64,000 nt of DNA. Origin: Thermoplasmatales archaeon. GTDB taxonomy: Archaea; Thermoplasmatota; Thermoplasmata; Thermoplasmatales; Thermoplasmataceae. Location of the stretch: NCBI GenBank assembly GCA_027310185.1, contig DAIDBH010000018.1, forward strand, positions 192,001 through 256,000, given 5' to 3'. Shown here piece by piece: positions 61,347-64,000 of this stretch. The first letter of the stretch is position 1. Each line of letters starts with the position of its first letter. The translations under genes were made by a program, and so were the position numbers. The notes under the pieces are model-generated. The model did not search any database. It was not told the origin of the DNA and saw only the letters and a program-made list of their open reading frames with translations.

Positions 61347-62015
61347 TCATCTTTTCTTTTCACTGAGTTTCTTCTGCTGTTCCTTATAGAAAGCACAGTA
61401 TTCTGATACATTACACTCATCACATTTTGGTCCAACAGGCCTGCAGATTTTCTTGCCGAACTCAACCATCATGGGATTTAGACCAAGCCACAGTTTTTCC
61501 GGAATTATGGATCTCAATCTCATCTCAGTGACATCCGGATCGCTGGAATCAGACCATCCAATCCTCATGCTTATCCTCTGCACGTGTGTATCCACAGCAA
61601 TCGCAGGTATGCCAAAGCCATCTGCCAGAACAACATTTGCAGTTTTTCTACCCACTCCCTTAATCTCAGTCAGCTCCTCAATTGATCTTGGCACCTGGCA
61701 GTCATATTTATTTTTTAGGAATTTTGCCGCCTCTATTACTCTCGCAGCCTTAACAGTTTTAAAGCCAACCCTGTTGATTATGGATAATACATCATCATAA
61801 CTGGCTTCAGATAATCCATTGCAATCATGATATCTATCAAACAGGCTTCTTGCAGCCCTATCAGTTACCTCATCCTTCGTCCGGTGTGACATTATTGTAG
61901 TTATAAGGACCCAGAAGGGATCAGAGAACTCAAAGTGGTGCGGTGGACTCTGTTTTTCCATCAGTTCAATAATTCTTGGAATGTTGTTTTTGTCATCGCT
62001 CCTTTTGGAAACCAT
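61347..62015 (-). CDS. nth: Endonuclease III
   Basis: L.EIKGVGRKTANV (HhH-K), AVDTHV and CRPVGPKCDEC....C [4Fe-4S] motif. Confidence 0.95.
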   Translation of the reverse strand: MVSKRSDDKNNIPRIIELMEKQSPPHHFEFSDPFWVLITTIMSHRTKDEVTDRAARSLFDRYHDCNGLSEASYDDVLSIINRVGFKTVKAARVIEAAKFLKNKYDCQVPRSIEELTEIKGVGRKTANVVLADGFGIPAIAVDTHVQRISMRIGWSDSSDPDVTEMRLRSIIPEKLWLGLNPMMVEFGKKICRPVGPKCDECNVSEYCAFYKEQQKKLSEKKR

Positions 62016-62062
62016 GAAAATGTGAATATAAACTATTTATTAAGGTAAGTGCATTCAGACCC

Positions 62063-62998
62063 ATGGAAAGTTATGATTTCCTCATTGTTGGTTCCGGGAT
62101 AACTGGAATCAATATTGGAATGGAGCTCAGTAAAAGAGGTTTCAGGACACTTAACATAGACAGGTCAATGGACCTTGGATATCCTGTTTCCGGAAGTTGC
62201 TTCATTCCACTCAGTACATTCAACCGATATTTCCGGAATTATGAAGAACATGTTAATGGAATTTTCACATCCGTAATCATCAGTGACGATAGTTCTGAGG
62301 AAGAGATATCACTTCCTGCTGAAAAGAACATAATAAGCCTGGACAGGGAAAAGATTGTACGCCAGATGGCAACTGAACTTTCCCGTATTGGTGGAAAAAT
62401 CAGCATAGCATCAACAATGGCATCATATAATCTACGGGAACAAGGCAGGGTGAATATCAATCTGAAGAGGGAGGGAAAGGATGAAACCATTGAAGCTGGG
62501 AAGATCATAATCGCAACCGGGAATCCTGAAGAAAGTTTCCTGAAGCACGATAAAAACTGTATAATCAGAAAGTCAAGTTCCGTTTATTCAAGGGGAAAAC
62601 TTGGAAAGTTTCCCGTGGAAAGTTTCAGGGTTGCAATGAATAGGGATGTCGCATCCATAGAAGCAATTTACATGGGGTCCAGGGAGGTGCTTCAGATAAA
62701 CCAGGAAAAAGAACCGGTAGTAGGGGCAGAAGCCACGTTCAGGTACCATACGCTGACACATAGTTGTTTTCCTTATTCCAGCCCGGAGATTTTTGTATCT
62801 GGAAATATGCTTGGAACAGAAAATCTAACCGGTACAGGAATAGGATATTCCATGGATTATAACCAGTTCCTAATAGATAATATTACTGAGGACAGGGAAA
62901 AACTTCTTGAAAAGTATAACTCCATGAACTTAAAAAATGATTTCACCAGAATGGATCTGGTCGATTCTATCCTGTACAGGATACCTGTATACTCCTAG
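62063..62998 (+). CDS. FAD-dependent oxidoreductase, divergent geranylgeranyl-reductase-like
   Basis: IVGSGITG Rossmann motif, LDREK, IIIATG and G.....NLTG.GI. Confidence 0.65.
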   Translation: MESYDFLIVGSGITGINIGMELSKRGFRTLNIDRSMDLGYPVSGSCFIPLSTFNRYFRNYEEHVNGIFTSVIISDDSSEEEISLPAEKNIISLDREKIVRQMATELSRIGGKISIASTMASYNLREQGRVNINLKREGKDETIEAGKIIIATGNPEESFLKHDKNCIIRKSSSVYSRGKLGKFPVESFRVAMNRDVASIEAIYMGSREVLQINQEKEPVVGAEATFRYHTLTHSCFPYSSPEIFVSGNMLGTENLTGTGIGYSMDYNQFLIDNITEDREKLLEKYNSMNLKNDFTRMDLVDSILYRIPVYS

Positions 62999-64000
62999 TC
63001 CTCGAATTCCTTTAGCAGGTCAGGATTACCCTTCATCTGCCCCCTCATCATCTTCTTAAGGGCACGATTTCCCTTCATCATTTTCGCATTTTCCTTCATG
63101 GCCCTGAATTCTTTCAGGAGATTTCTCACATCTTGTTCGCTTGTTCCAGATCCTCTCGATACCCTTCTGATTACCTTTGCATTTATTATTTCAGGATTCT
63201 CAAGTTCCTTATATGTCATAGAATCAAGTATGACCGTATATTTGCCTATTTTTTCCTGTGCGGCATCAAGATCGAGCATATTGCTGGCTCCCTTTGGCAT
63301 CTTTCCTACGGGTATTGAATCAAAGAGCCTCTTCATGAGTGATGGTTTTGCGAATTTCTCCCATATATCATACATATCCATGAGGTTGAACTTTCCGCTC
63401 ATGATCTTTGTCATTGTTTCTTCTGCTTTCTCATCACTAATGTCTGCTTCCTGTGCAACATCTAGCAGGGCCTCCGGATCACCCATGCCAAGAAGCCTTC
63501 CAAGGAATTTCTTTGGGCTGAATATCTCAAAATCCTCCAGATGCTCGCCAGTTCCTATCATGTAGACGGGAACACCTGTCTGGGCAACTGCACTCAGTGC
63601 ACCACCAGCCTTTCCAGTCCCATCCATCTTTGTTATTATTACGCCAGTAAGCCCTGTTGCTTCCATGAGGGACTTTGCCTGAGGTCCAGCCTGCTGTCCA
63701 ATTGTCGCATCCATGACGAGGAGGACCTCATCAGGGTTTACCGCTTTCTTGAGCTTCGTGATTTCATCCAGGAGTTCGCTGTCCAGTGAATCTCTTCCAC
63801 TGGTATCAACAATCTTTACCTGGATATCCTTCAGTTCATCAACGGACTGGTTGAATATCTTTACGGGGTTCTTTTCTCCTTTCATCCCAAAGAACCTGGC
63901 ACCAGATTGCTCTGAAATGGTTCTCAACTGTTCAAATGCTGCTGGCCTGTGTACATCACATGCCACAAAGCCCGTAGAAAGACCCTTCTTTATGAAGAAT
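62995..64000 (-). CDS. srp54: Signal recognition particle protein SRP54 (5' end beyond window)
   Basis: ACDVHRPAA, DTSGR, TKMDGTGKAGG, GTGE, RLLGMGD and M-domain DSMT..EL..P, RRVSRGSG. Confidence 0.96.
   Translation of the reverse strand, partial: FFIKKGLSTGFVACDVHRPAAFEQLRTISEQSGARFFGMKGEKNPVKIFNQSVDELKDIQVKIVDTSGRDSLDSELLDEITKLKKAVNPDEVLLVMDATIGQQAGPQAKSLMEATGLTGVIITKMDGTGKAGGALSAVAQTGVPVYMIGTGEHLEDFEIFSPKKFLGRLLGMGDPEALLDVAQEADISDEKAEETMTKIMSGKFNLMDMYDIWEKFAKPSLMKRLFDSIPVGKMPKGASNMLDLDAAQEKIGKYTVILDSMTYKELENPEIINAKVIRRVSRGSGTSEQDVRNLLKEFRAMKENAKMMKGNRALKKMMRGQMKGNPDLLKEFED

Noticed and set aside
310-63789. Numerous short ORFs in the track antisense or out-of-frame to long genes (e.g. 34403-35020, 55100-55687, 28147-28701)
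   Set aside because: They overlap well-supported genes and show no motifs; treated as shadow ORFs
1-64000. CRISPR array, cas genes, rRNA, inteins
   Set aside because: No regularly spaced repeats, cas-like ORFs or rRNA-like sequence seen; RadA and XPD are normal length

Overview
This is an AT-rich archaeal chromosome segment. Gene content points to Thermoplasmatales, Cuniculiplasma/Thermoplasma-like by inference: tricorn protease, Zn-ferredoxin N-terminus, XerA, XPD, RadA, pelota, SRP54 and archaeal GAPDH. Positions 1-35.2 kb and 54.8-64 kb are mostly housekeeping genes. The 35.3-38.3 kb stretch is almost empty in the ORF track but is a nested mobile-element graveyard. It holds the 3' end of an ISL3 element and a decayed IS110/IS1111-type element whose transposase is interrupted by the 3' half of a group II intron (RT7, maturase X domain, recognisable domain V/VI). 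A structured ~240-nt right non-coding end follows, a candidate bridge/seek RNA. Next come an unusual peptide ABC importer (DppC with a ~470-aa extracellular beta-propeller-like insertion, fused double ATPase), a membrane-anchored penicillin-acylase-family Ntn hydrolase, and a 1206-aa surface glycoprotein with a cytoplasmic winged-helix-like tail. A tRNA-Leu(TAG) is flanked by an intact RHH/MazF toxin-antitoxin pair inside a direct repeat and by a doubly frameshifted AbrB/VapC pair. Several single-base frameshifts are visible and could be biological or assembly errors. All calls come from reading motifs by eye; no database searches were run.
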